Shown: positions 1-7,535 of the stretch, in pieces
Layout: each line of letters begins with the position of its first letter
Numbering within the stretch: position 1 is the first letter of the stretch
Source of the DNA: a virus
Taxonomy: Duplodnaviria > Caudoviricetes
Strand: one strand, 5' to 3'
IMG/VR virus record: IMGVR_UViG_3300016675_000057
Span: 1-35,452 of that record
Length of the DNA stretch: 35,452 nt
Notes under the pieces: model-generated
What the model was told of the DNA's origin: nothing
Databases searched by the model: none
Seen by the model: the letters and a program-made list of their open reading frames with translations, nothing else
Program-made: the position numbers and the translations under genes

Positions 1-1011
1 AAGTTTGCTGGTGAAGCTCACGATGCGTTGCAAGGTGGCTACGAAGCTGCCTCTCGTCTGCTGGACAAATACCGCTCTGCTGCTGGCAAAAAGGCTACTG
101 CACTTGACCGATTTGACCCCACACGCTTCAAAACAGACGCTTCTGCCCTGCCTTCTGACTACTTCAGTAGTAAACAATCAGTAAAGGACTTGGTTGATTT
201 GACTGGTGGCGACGTTGGTTTGGTGACCAAGGCCGCACAAGACTTTACTGCTCGTCAGTTGCGTGACATGAACAGCAAGCAAGTTCGTAGCTGGCTGAAC
301 AAAAACGATGATTGGCTGACTGCGCCTGAGTTGAAGGGCGTGAAACAAAACGTCGAGTCATACATCAAGACGCTTGAGCGTGGTGAACGCATTGCTGGCA
401 AGACTGGCGAAGCAGCCAAGATTCTTGCTGCCCGTGAACCCAAGGTTTTGCGGGAAGGTGAACGTGCGCTGGCTACCGCTGAGAAAGAAGCTGGCGCTAT
501 CACGGCTGAAGCTGAGAAGCGTGTGAAAACCATCTTGGGTGACGCAAGCCCTGCCAAGCGTGTGCGTGAGATTATTTTGGGCGGCAAGGAATCCGAGTGG
601 AAAGAAGTCGGCCCGATACTGGCTCAATACCGTGAAGGCGTTGACTACATTGCTGACGCTGTGCGGCAAGTTATTGCCCCTGAAGAGATTGGCGGCTTAA
701 TCAAAGTCACCAAGTTCCGTGAAGATGTTGCGCCTTTCTTGGAAAAGTCTGGCTTGATGACTAAGCCACAACTAGACAAACTGGAGGCCGATATTCGTTC
801 AATCTACAACTCCGCTATGGGCGAAGAGGCCAAGCTGACATTTATCCAACGTGCGGTCAAAAACGCCCTTGTTGGCGTTGCCTCTACCCCCGTTGGCGGT
901 GGCGTGGTCAATGTCGGTCAAGGCGCTTACAACCTTATGAATCCCAAGTCCTCACAAGACGTTATCAATCGTCGTGGCGCAGTTGGCTCTGTTTCTCCGA
1001 GGTTCCAATGA
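1..1011 (+). CDS. C-terminal part of a large internal virion/DNA-ejection protein (continues from 34130..35452 across the window ends; ~777 aa in total)
   Basis: Frame 1 is open from base 1 (KFAGEAHDALQGG...) and in frame with the unterminated ORF starting at 34130. Ala/Lys/Glu-rich helical composition; last of the large ORFs after the tail genes. Confidence 0.65.
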   Translation, partial: KFAGEAHDALQGGYEAASRLLDKYRSAAGKKATALDRFDPTRFKTDASALPSDYFSSKQSVKDLVDLTGGDVGLVTKAAQDFTARQLRDMNSKQVRSWLNKNDDWLTAPELKGVKQNVESYIKTLERGERIAGKTGEAAKILAAREPKVLREGERALATAEKEAGAITAEAEKRVKTILGDASPAKRVREIILGGKESEWKEVGPILAQYREGVDYIADAVRQVIAPEEIGGLIKVTKFREDVAPFLEKSGLMTKPQLDKLEADIRSIYNSAMGEEAKLTFIQRAVKNALVGVASTPVGGGVVNVGQGAYNLMNPKSSQDVINRRGAVGSVSPRFQ

Positions 1012-1220
1012 GCAAGAAGAAAGACAAGGGCATTAACCCCGACCTAGAGAAAGCCATTTCTGACCTGCTGATAGCGACGATGGCTGACCCTATGGCTAGT
1101 CTGACGGACAAGACAAAGGTGCTTGACCGTGCCCTGAAGCTAGAACAACTCAAAATGAAGATGTCTGATGACGAATGGGGTTCTGGCTTTGGGTTAGATG
1201 ACGATGACGAAGAGAAGTGA
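1008..1220 (+). CDS. hypothetical protein (basic N-terminus, acidic C-terminus)
   Basis: 70-aa ORF; ATGA overlap with the upstream stop. Confidence 0.6.
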   Translation: MSKKKDKGINPDLEKAISDLLIATMADPMASLTDKTKVLDRALKLEQLKMKMSDDEWGSGFGLDDDDEEK

Positions 1221-1226
1221 TAACAT
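1218..1226 (+). promoter_or_regulatory. possible extended -10 promoter (TGnTAACAT) upstream of the lysis-region genes
   Basis: TGATAACAT in a short intergenic gap; no clear -35. Confidence 0.25.
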
Positions 1227-1252
1227 GATTATCCCGACATTAAGGAATAGTT

Positions 1253-1465
1253 ATGGATGCAGCATCAATCATTCGCCTAGCGTTAGAGGTCATCTCAGAC
1301 CGCTTGATTACTATTTTGGCTCTGCTTACTTCATGTGGCCTTGGCTGCTGGACGATGTGGGGGCCAACATGGGAGCGAGTGGCAACACTAGCAATTTACG
1401 TGGTTTTCAGTTACCTTACGGTAAGAGCAAAGGAGCAATCAAATGGCACTAATCCCCAAAATTAA
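1253..1465 (+). CDS. small two-TM membrane protein (holin/antiholin-like)
   Basis: TAAGGA SD; two hydrophobic segments (LITILALLTSCGLGC, VATLAIYVVFSYLTV); close to the lysis genes. Confidence 0.55.
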   Translation: MDAASIIRLALEVISDRLITILALLTSCGLGCWTMWGPTWERVATLAIYVVFSYLTVRAKEQSNGTNPQN

Positions 1466-1670
1466 GCCCTGCGGCGCTGGCGGCATTCCCGGTCAGGGAC
1501 TAGGTTCTGGCGTTTGGGAAGACAAGTTATCCAAGCGTGGTGAGCATCAGTCTGGCAAGCTGCCTTCTGGTGGCTTTAACCCTGTCTGGAACTTCAAGAA
1601 CGACCAGCCCAACGACTACTTCACCCGCAAGTTCTCACCCACTTCTGGCGGTGGCAAGAAGGTGTACTGA
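1443..1670 (+). CDS. hypothetical Gly-rich protein
   Basis: AAGGAG SD; stop overlaps the next start (TGATG). Confidence 0.6.
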   Translation: MALIPKIKPCGAGGIPGQGLGSGVWEDKLSKRGEHQSGKLPSGGFNPVWNFKNDQPNDYFTRKFSPTSGGGKKVY

Positions 1671-2026
1671 TGGCTAATAACATCGCTTTTCAAGCGTCTG
1701 GCCCTACCTACAAGGCTAACGCTACAACAACCTCACAGACCATCACAATCACGCCTGATGGCCCTTGTAATCAGTTGTTGGTGGCAAGCCATGAAAACTC
1801 TGCTGGCACGGGTAAGTCTGTTTACATTCGTGTAAGCAATCTTTCAAACGTGACCGTGACCCCTCCCGGCAATGGGACTCCTCAATACTCATTCGTTATT
1901 GTTCCCGGACAGAATAGGGTTTACACCATTCCCTACCAGTTCAACCCGAACAATCCTATGTATGTTGCTTTCATCACAGAAAGCTCTACTGGCGAATGCT
2001 ATTTGACCCCCGGAGAAGGCCTGTGA
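1670..2026 (+). CDS. putative beta-rich structural/decoration protein; paralog of 27611..27943
   Basis: Thr/Asn/Ser-rich; shares the N-terminal F.xSG.T..ANT and C-terminal Y[LI]TPG[ED]G motifs with 27611..27943. Confidence 0.6.
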   Translation: MANNIAFQASGPTYKANATTTSQTITITPDGPCNQLLVASHENSAGTGKSVYIRVSNLSNVTVTPPGNGTPQYSFVIVPGQNRVYTIPYQFNPNNPMYVAFITESSTGECYLTPGEGL

Positions 2027-2190
2027 AAGACTACATCCTAGCCCGTGCAAAAGAGCCATCGTCGTGGCGTGGCTTCATCCTGCTGCTTACCGCTGCGGGT
2101 TTGCCTATTGCTCCTGAATTGGCTGATGCCATCATTTCCGTTGGCTTGGCTGTTGCAGGTTTGATTGGCGTTGTTACACCTGACAAATGA
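2023..2190 (+). CDS. putative holin
   Basis: GTG start overlapping the upstream stop; 55 aa with two TM segments (KEPSSWRGFILLLTAAG..., IISVGLAVAGLIGVV); directly upstream of the endolysin. Confidence 0.65.
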   Translation: MKDYILARAKEPSSWRGFILLLTAAGLPIAPELADAIISVGLAVAGLIGVVTPDK

Positions 2191-2525
2191 GCCTGTCGGA
2201 AGAACAAGCAGAGTTTCTGCTAGATGCCTGTAAGCTGATTGAATACGCCACTCAGCGGGGCTGGACTGTTACGGGTGGCGAGTTATACCGCACCCAAGAG
2301 CAGCAAGAGATTTATTTCAAACAAGGCAAGAGCAAGACCATGCAGAGCAACCATCTGCGTAGGCTTGCTATTGACCTCAATTTCCTGCGTAGTGGACAGC
2401 CAGTATGGGATAAGGTAGCCTTGGCTGAAATAGGAGCCTTCTGGGAGTCTCTAGACCCCAAGAATCGGTGGGGAGGCAACTTCAAGTCCCTGCCAGACGT
2501 TCCCCACTTTGAAAGGAATGTGTGA
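2187..2525 (+). CDS. endolysin, M15-family (L-Ala-D-Glu type) zinc peptidase
   Basis: Motifs GELYRT.EQQ, SNHLRRLAIDL (SxH...D), RWGGNF, DVPHFE. Confidence 0.85.
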   Translation: MSLSEEQAEFLLDACKLIEYATQRGWTVTGGELYRTQEQQEIYFKQGKSKTMQSNHLRRLAIDLNFLRSGQPVWDKVALAEIGAFWESLDPKNRWGGNFKSLPDVPHFERNV

Positions 2526-2755
2526 TGCCAAGAAAGAAAAGCCCAAACCTATCTGTCGGCAGAGGCGAAAAGCTGTCTGTCAAAGCTGGTGGTGGCCTGA
2601 CTGCTAAAGGTCGTGCCAAGTACAACAAGGCTACTGGCAGCAAGCTCAAAGCGCCTACCAAGTCTGGCCCCCGTCACAAGTCTTTCTGTGCCCGTTCTAA
2701 GAACTGGAAGGGCGAGAGGGGTAAAGCAGCAAGAAGGAGATGGGGATGTCGGTAA
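2525..2755 (+). CDS. highly basic conserved phage protein (DUF6321-like)
   Basis: GGLTAKGRAKYN...SFCAR...RRWGC motif; AAAGGA SD. Confidence 0.65.
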   Translation: MPRKKSPNLSVGRGEKLSVKAGGGLTAKGRAKYNKATGSKLKAPTKSGPRHKSFCARSKNWKGERGKAARRRWGCR

Positions 2756-2892
2756 AAAAAGGCTTGTACTACAACATCAACAAACGCAGGAAAGCTGGTT
2801 TGCCAGCGAAAAAGCCCGGACAGAAGGGTTACCCAACTGCCGAGGCTTTCCGTCGTTCTGCAAAGACAGCCAAACGCAAGAAGCGTCGTTAA
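2746..2892 (+). CDS. 48-aa highly basic protein (not in the ORF track)
   Basis: MSVKKGLYYNINKRRKAGLPAKKPGQKGYPTAEAFRRSAKTAKRKKRR*; AAGGAG upstream; overlaps the previous gene end. Confidence 0.65.
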   Translation: MSVKKGLYYNINKRRKAGLPAKKPGQKGYPTAEAFRRSAKTAKRKKRR

Positions 2893-3440
2893 TCCTTTTG
2901 GATGGCTAACTGATAGTTCATGCAAAGTAATTTGCACTTGTGTCTGTGAGTCACCAAGAATGCGTTGATAGCTGTCATCATATCTTCAGTCCCCTCGTAG
3001 TCATCAAATAGCATGACACCACCGGGCTTGAGAAGCTGGAAAGCCATACAAGCGTCTGTGATGACATCCTGTATTTCATGGCTACCATCCACATAAATGA
3101 AGTCAAACAGATACTCGGACGTTATAAGAGTAGCCAACATCTTGTAGCTGTAGCCTTCAGCAATCGTTACTGATTGAAAGTGCTTTTTGCTTGCTGCTAT
3201 GTTTTCTTCAAACACATCACGTAGCTTGCTCAAGTTCAAATCAGAATGCTCTTGACCGCCTTTGAACGTATCTATGCATACGATAGTTCCATCATTGGCA
3301 AGCATATTCTCAAGCATCCAACAAGTAGCCCTGCCCTCAAAGCATCCTATCTCTAGGAATAGCTTGTTGTCGGGCAAGACTAGCTTGGCTGCTTCAAAGT
3401 TTCCTATGTTGCTTGTGAACCAGTCTTGTGTAAACTTCAT
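2889..3440 (-). CDS. class I SAM-dependent methyltransferase (Methyltransf_24-like)
   Basis: Motifs FLEIGCFEG, FDFIYVDGSH, LKPGGVMLFDDY. Confidence 0.85.
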   Translation of the reverse strand: MKFTQDWFTSNIGNFEAAKLVLPDNKLFLEIGCFEGRATCWMLENMLANDGTIVCIDTFKGGQEHSDLNLSKLRDVFEENIAASKKHFQSVTIAEGYSYKMLATLITSEYLFDFIYVDGSHEIQDVITDACMAFQLLKPGGVMLFDDYEGTEDMMTAINAFLVTHRHKCKLLCMNYQLAIQKD

Positions 3441-4180
3441 TACGGTGCTGGCACTAAGCCGCCCTCAAAGAGATACGTTCCGAAGTGTCCAAGGGTTACC
3501 CAAGGTGCAGCATAAATCTTGTAGCCATTCAACCTAGCGACACGGCAGAAATGATAGTCCTCAGACAACAGACGTTCAGTACCCGGTTCTATGCTACAAG
3601 CAAAGTATTCAACGATTCGCTCGGTGATGTTACCGTTGATGATGGTCACATCGTTGTTATAGCTACCCACCTTGTCAGCCAAGCCCTCCAGTACTTCACG
3701 CTTTATAAGCATGAACCCTGTGCCACCTGCCCAAATCTCAACGGGTTTATCAACCGGGACTGTGACTGCGCCAGCATAATCAACCAGATTGACGACCAAT
3801 GAGCCTGTGCGCTTGGCTAAGTCTTTGGCCTCTACGCCCTCATCAGACGCTCTCTTGACGCTATTCCAATCAATTTCTTTCTTGGGATAGATACCGCAAA
3901 TGATGTCAACATCAGCCTCAACCATCGGAGGAATGTGGTTAGGGTCAAACTTGATGTCAGCGTCAATGAACATCAGGTGTGTGCATTTAGTCTTTAAGAA
4001 CTGATGCACAAGGGCGTTACGTCCACGCTGGATAAGGCTCTCATTGAACATAGAAGAGAAGCTCATATCCATGTTGTGATGCCGCATCACGTTAGTCATA
4101 GAGACTAGCGAGTTAGTGAAGTAACCCGTGCACATTCCACCATACATAGGTGTGCAGACAAAAATATGAGTTTTAGACAT
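3440..4180 (-). CDS. GT-A fold nucleotide-diphospho-sugar transferase-like protein
   Basis: TPMYGG, ESLIQRGRN, THLMFIDADI (DxD), GTGFMLIKR, LSEDYHFC, LGHFG. Confidence 0.75.
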   Translation of the reverse strand: MSKTHIFVCTPMYGGMCTGYFTNSLVSMTNVMRHHNMDMSFSSMFNESLIQRGRNALVHQFLKTKCTHLMFIDADIKFDPNHIPPMVEADVDIICGIYPKKEIDWNSVKRASDEGVEAKDLAKRTGSLVVNLVDYAGAVTVPVDKPVEIWAGGTGFMLIKREVLEGLADKVGSYNNDVTIINGNITERIVEYFACSIEPGTERLLSEDYHFCRVARLNGYKIYAAPWVTLGHFGTYLFEGGLVPAP

Positions 4181-4643
4181 TTATGTAACTCCAAAGTTTA
4201 TTGTTTCTTATGTTATTGATTGTTTGTCTTATCACATCAAATTGGTTTGCCAACTCTGTGTCTGTTTTTCCGTCTTTGAATCCTTGCTTGATAAGCCTGA
4301 TTTTTTCTTCATCTAGCTTTGCCATTGGATTTTTCTCGCCCCAAGTGCTTCTTCCTTTATTCGCCATATCTTGCAAGTTTTGCTTCTGTGTTCCTAAAAA
4401 GAGATGGTTAGGGTTGACGCAATAAACATTGTCACAAGCATGGCAAACATACATACCAGCAGGTATAGGGCCAACAAAAGCCTCGTATGACGCTCTATGT
4501 GCGTAATGCTTTCTTTTGTTTGACTCAATCTGACCATATCCACGAACAGTTGTTGTTCCCATCCAGACCCAACATCCGGCCTCTGGTATCCGTAGGACTT
4601 TTTCCTCTATTCGTTCTTTGGTAATTGGTTTGGTTCTGACCAT
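4173..4643 (-). CDS. HNH homing endonuclease with C-terminal HTH
   Basis: GCWVWMG...GYG...AHRASYE...HACDN..CVNPNHL..GT...N..D; C-terminal ELANQFDV.RQTINNI; visibly AT-richer than its neighbours. Confidence 0.85.
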   Translation of the reverse strand: MVRTKPITKERIEEKVLRIPEAGCWVWMGTTTVRGYGQIESNKRKHYAHRASYEAFVGPIPAGMYVCHACDNVYCVNPNHLFLGTQKQNLQDMANKGRSTWGEKNPMAKLDEEKIRLIKQGFKDGKTDTELANQFDVIRQTINNIRNNKLWSYINV

Positions 4644-4822
4644 TACTGCACTCCTTTTTGGTCAGTCTTCATAATCTCCATAGCGTCACCATAGCCACTT
4701 GTGTAGCCAATGTTCCACATCTGTTGGAGCATCTGAGCAATCATGTTCAAAGAGTAGTCGTGTGCGTTCTTAGCCTTTTCCAATGATTGTTGGCTAGGTT
4801 GGATTTGAGTTTGTTCAGTCAT
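4643..4822 (-). CDS. 59-aa hypothetical protein (not in the ORF track)
   Basis: MTEQTQIQPSQQSLEKAKNAHDYSLNMIAQMLQQMWNIGYTSGYGDAMEIMKTDQKGVQ*; fills the gap exactly with a TAATG overlap. Confidence 0.6.
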   Translation of the reverse strand: MTEQTQIQPSQQSLEKAKNAHDYSLNMIAQMLQQMWNIGYTSGYGDAMEIMKTDQKGVQ

Positions 4823-4824
4823 GT

Positions 4825-5169
4825 TTACTCGATTGTTTCAATGGTTACTAACATTCTTCCACCTTTGACTTGCTCACCACGCATGATGTGCAGGTCGTCA
4901 ATGTGAAAGTCATCGTCAAAGACACCAGCTTCTTGTAAGCTGTCCAACACGCATTTGATGCGGTTGTCTATGTCTATCTTTCGTTTGTCCCTCGGCTGGA
5001 GAATCATTGTTATCTTCAACTTCTTATCTCCGTATTTGGTGACATTGTTTTGGGCAACATACTCGGCTACCTTCAGTTTGTATTCCCTTCCCGCTTTCGA
5101 TAGAACGGTTCGCCCTCTGAAGTTTCTCCAGTAGGTGTTCATGGATGGCGGGAAAGGGAGTACTAGCAT
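4825..5169 (-). CDS. rusA: RusA-family Holliday junction resolvase
   Basis: LPFPPSMNTYWR, DKRKIDIDNRIKCVLDSL..AGVFDDD. Confidence 0.9.
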   Translation of the reverse strand: MLVLPFPPSMNTYWRNFRGRTVLSKAGREYKLKVAEYVAQNNVTKYGDKKLKITMILQPRDKRKIDIDNRIKCVLDSLQEAGVFDDDFHIDDLHIMRGEQVKGGRMLVTIETIE

Positions 5170-5594
5170 CAGAATTCCTCATTTAGCTCTTTGTGCCGCT
5201 GCTTGTGACAGGGTTGACAGAGCCACATGACATCCAACGGTTTATCGTAGTCTTCATGGTGTGCCAAAGATTTTGCTTCTCCACATCTGACGCATGGCTG
5301 GCGAACCAAATCTCCAGTCCGTATTGCCCTTCCCACGGCACTATGGGCCGCTGTACGGCGACTATCTTCCCGTCGCCACGCCCTCGTAATCTCCGTGTTC
5401 GCCTTGATGCGCTCTGGGATTTTTCCCCTCTCACGGTCATAGGCACGGATTTTTTCAAGATTCTCAGACCTGTGTTTTGAAACATCATGCTTCGTACACT
5501 CCTTGCACTTGTTGAGATGACCGTCAGCCATACGACTGTGCTTGTAAAACTCAGTCAATGGCTTCTCGGTCTTGCATTTGAAACAGGTTTTCAT
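5169..5594 (-). CDS. Zn-finger/HNH-like nuclease
   Basis: N-terminal CxxC...EFYKH...CKEC; C-terminal CVRCG...AHHEDYDKPLDVMWLCQPCH; GGAGG SD. Confidence 0.7.
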   Translation of the reverse strand: MKTCFKCKTEKPLTEFYKHSRMADGHLNKCKECTKHDVSKHRSENLEKIRAYDRERGKIPERIKANTEITRAWRREDSRRTAAHSAVGRAIRTGDLVRQPCVRCGEAKSLAHHEDYDKPLDVMWLCQPCHKQRHKELNEEF

Positions 5595-5612
5595 ACTTCA
5601 CCTCCGTGAAAT

Positions 5613-5618
5613 ATTATA
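5613..5618 (-). promoter_or_regulatory. -10 box (TATAAT) upstream of the HNH-like gene
   Basis: Perfect TATAAT in the intergenic gap; no consensus -35. Confidence 0.35.
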
Positions 5619-5628
5619 CCCGTTTTGA

Positions 5629-5931
5629 CTAAAAGGGAATATCCCCTCCATCGTCAAAACGCTTGTGAGTCACTTTGTTGTAGGCAGGTTCCACTTCCTT
5701 GTGTTGCTCACGTTGTTTCTTGCTCCAGTTGTCTTCAGACAATGAAATCAAGTCGTATCCTCGGCTGGTTGGCTTTTTCCAAGCAGCCAGCTTTAGTTTC
5801 TCGCCAGCCTTGTAGTCCATCTCAAGGACTAGAAAGCCTTTGAAGTCTGGCGCTTTATCGTTCTTGCGTTGGGATTCTTCCTCCCAGTACATCACGCCTT
5901 TGCCGGGTCGTTCGTTGTGTAAGTTACTCAT
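5629..5931 (-). CDS. putative single-stranded DNA-binding protein
   Basis: KAPDFKG...LAAW core and acidic C-terminal DDGGDIPF tail typical of SSBs; lies in the recombination module. Confidence 0.65.
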   Translation of the reverse strand: MSNLHNERPGKGVMYWEEESQRKNDKAPDFKGFLVLEMDYKAGEKLKLAAWKKPTSRGYDLISLSEDNWSKKQREQHKEVEPAYNKVTHKRFDDGGDIPF

Positions 5932-6166
5932 GTTTTGCCTTTCTGTATGAATATTGGGCGAACTCTGTGTTGCCCTGCTTTACCATCGTTGTGTGAATCG
6001 GATGTCCCTGTCTTCTCAAGTATTCGATATGGGCTGCTAACCTAAAGCTACCAAACTTCTCTAGTGCTTCCTTGGGGGTTAGCGGCCCTATCTCTTGAAG
6101 GTGTCTCAGGATGTTTTCTCGTTGGGTTCCTGTTCTTGAGAGGATGGGGACTTTGACGCTTTTGGG
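5924..6166 (-). CDS. winged-helix HTH domain (HTH_39-like) with no canonical start; probable -1 frameshift extension of the RecT-like protein
   Basis: ...TQRENILRHLQEIGPLTPKEALEKFGSFRLAAHIEYLRRQGHPIHT...HE*; no ATG/GTG/TTG between the upstream in-frame TGA and the domain; C CCA AAA at 6166-6160. Confidence 0.75.
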   Translation of the reverse strand, partial: PKSVKVPILSRTGTQRENILRHLQEIGPLTPKEALEKFGSFRLAAHIEYLRRQGHPIHTTMVKQGNTEFAQYSYRKAKHE

Positions 6167-6978
6167 CCTTGTGGCACTCCCATAGCAACAAGCTCTGTGC
6201 GGAGTTTGAGTTTCTGGAATGAGTCCAACTTCTCACGCATCTCGATGTTGCAGTTATCCAACATGGCTAACTTCTCTTCTTTAGCTTCCTCGGTGAACTT
6301 TGGCGAGTTAAAGATTTTGAAGACCATCTGAGCGTAGCCTGTCACCCATTCTTCTTTGGTGTGATAGGCGGCATAAGGCTCTTCTGTGTTGGGTAGGTAT
6401 AGTTTGAAGGCTCCGTCTGCTTCCTGAATATCCTGTATCTCAGTCGTAGATACGTCCTCCACCCGCTCTGCCATGCCCATATCTTTGGCTGGTGCAGGAC
6501 TTGGGGGCGTAAAGTCTTGCACCTCTTCAGGTGTATAGACCCCGACAACACACCCGGGATATACGCTACGGATGCCTTCCGATACAACTCTAGCCCGTAG
6601 CATCGCTCTTGGGTAGTTCTTCCAATTATCCTTATTGGCAATGCCGATTGCTTTTGCTTGAGCGAGGCTCCATGACACCTCAAGACTACCCCCCTGCGGG
6701 TGGCTAAAAAGCCCCGTGACTTTTGCATCTGTGTATTCCTTCCATTCAACTTTACCGCCAGCCTGTTGGAAACGGGCAAGCATTGCATCTGCTTTAAGGG
6801 CAGGTCGTCCTTGGATTAGGTGGTAATCCCTAGCAGCAATCGCTGGATGTAAACCCTCTGCTTGACACAAAAGCATCAAAGCTACGGCTTGGTCTTTGTT
6901 GTTTATTCCAAACAACTTTGAAGCAGCAACAGATGTTGCCATTTGTTCAATTTCATGGAACGGTACGAGATTGCTCAT
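6106..6978 (-). CDS. recT: RecT/Red-beta-like single-strand annealing recombinase
   Basis: GLHP....DYHLIQGRPALKADAMLA, WKNYPRAMLRAR..SEGIR..YPG....YTPEE; paired with a YqaJ exonuclease. Confidence 0.75.
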   Translation of the reverse strand: MSNLVPFHEIEQMATSVAASKLFGINNKDQAVALMLLCQAEGLHPAIAARDYHLIQGRPALKADAMLARFQQAGGKVEWKEYTDAKVTGLFSHPQGGSLEVSWSLAQAKAIGIANKDNWKNYPRAMLRARVVSEGIRSVYPGCVVGVYTPEEVQDFTPPSPAPAKDMGMAERVEDVSTTEIQDIQEADGAFKLYLPNTEEPYAAYHTKEEWVTGYAQMVFKIFNSPKFTEEAKEEKLAMLDNCNIEMREKLDSFQKLKLRTELVAMGVPQGPKASKSPSSQEQEPNEKTS

Positions 6979-7061
6979 AGAAACTTCTCCAAAAGTGTGA
7001 TTGCGGTATCAATGACAGAACTGACTGCCATGATGTAGATTGCTAGGTCAGTTGTTGTCAT
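6975..7061 (-). CDS. 28-aa hydrophobic peptide (not in the ORF track)
   Basis: MTTTDLAIYIMAVSSVIDTAITLLEKFL*; GGGAGG SD; ATGA-coupled to the recT start. Confidence 0.55.
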   Translation of the reverse strand: MTTTDLAIYIMAVSSVIDTAITLLEKFL

Positions 7062-7278
7062 GCTTGACCTCCCTAGCTTTTAGCATTGCGTCTGCTACCG
7101 TGTATGCGTATGAGCCAATCCAAGTATGAACTTCGTCAACTGCTGTTGATTCTCTGTCTGAATTAACAATTACTGCTTGCATAGCTTGAGCAGCAAAGTA
7201 GTCCCGTAAGTCCATACCTTCTGATTCAGAGACTAAGCCAGAGGTAGGGTTCTTGTGTTGGAATGGATATGCTTTCAT
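7048..7278 (-). CDS. conserved small phage protein
   Basis: AYPF...GMDLRDYFAAQAMQA...AYTVADAMLKAR motif common in proteobacterial phages. Confidence 0.75.
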   Translation of the reverse strand: MKAYPFQHKNPTSGLVSESEGMDLRDYFAAQAMQAVIVNSDRESTAVDEVHTWIGSYAYTVADAMLKAREVKHDNN

Positions 7279-7526
7279 GCTTTATCCCCTTTTGTTTGCG
7301 CTTTGAAGATTGCGTAGTCGGCAGTAGTTTGTGAGCCTACTTCAATCGTAATTTTCATTACTGGTTCTGCATCTATCCAAACTGGCAAAGCAAAACTTTC
7401 CGGAACAGAAACTCCGGCATCTTTGTAGGCTTGCTCCGTTCTTGACACAATCTCAGATGCCGATTCGTACAGCTTGTGCATAGGATGCTCTTTGGAAACC
7501 TTCCCTTTTGCTTTTGAAAATCTCAT
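7275..7526 (-). CDS. hypothetical protein
   Basis: 83 aa; GAGG SD; ATGA overlap with the next gene. Confidence 0.55.
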   Translation of the reverse strand: MRFSKAKGKVSKEHPMHKLYESASEIVSRTEQAYKDAGVSVPESFALPVWIDAEPVMKITIEVGSQTTADYAIFKAQTKGDKA

Positions 7527-7535
7527 TTGTGAACC

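Noticed and set aside
1253-1465. Possible unimolecular spanin (LTSC lipobox plus C-terminal TM)
   Set aside because: Only ~14 residues separate the Cys from the TM, too short to span a periplasm, and the signal n/h-region is poor; a two-TM protein is more likely.
2889-3440. DNA methyltransferase
   Set aside because: It lacks DPPY/NPPY or PC catalytic motifs; the motifs fit Methyltransf_24-type enzymes.
6048-6236. 62-aa minus-strand ORF from the track overlapping the recT end
   Set aside because: No SD and no protein-like features; the meaningful overlapping frame is the other one, which encodes the HTH.
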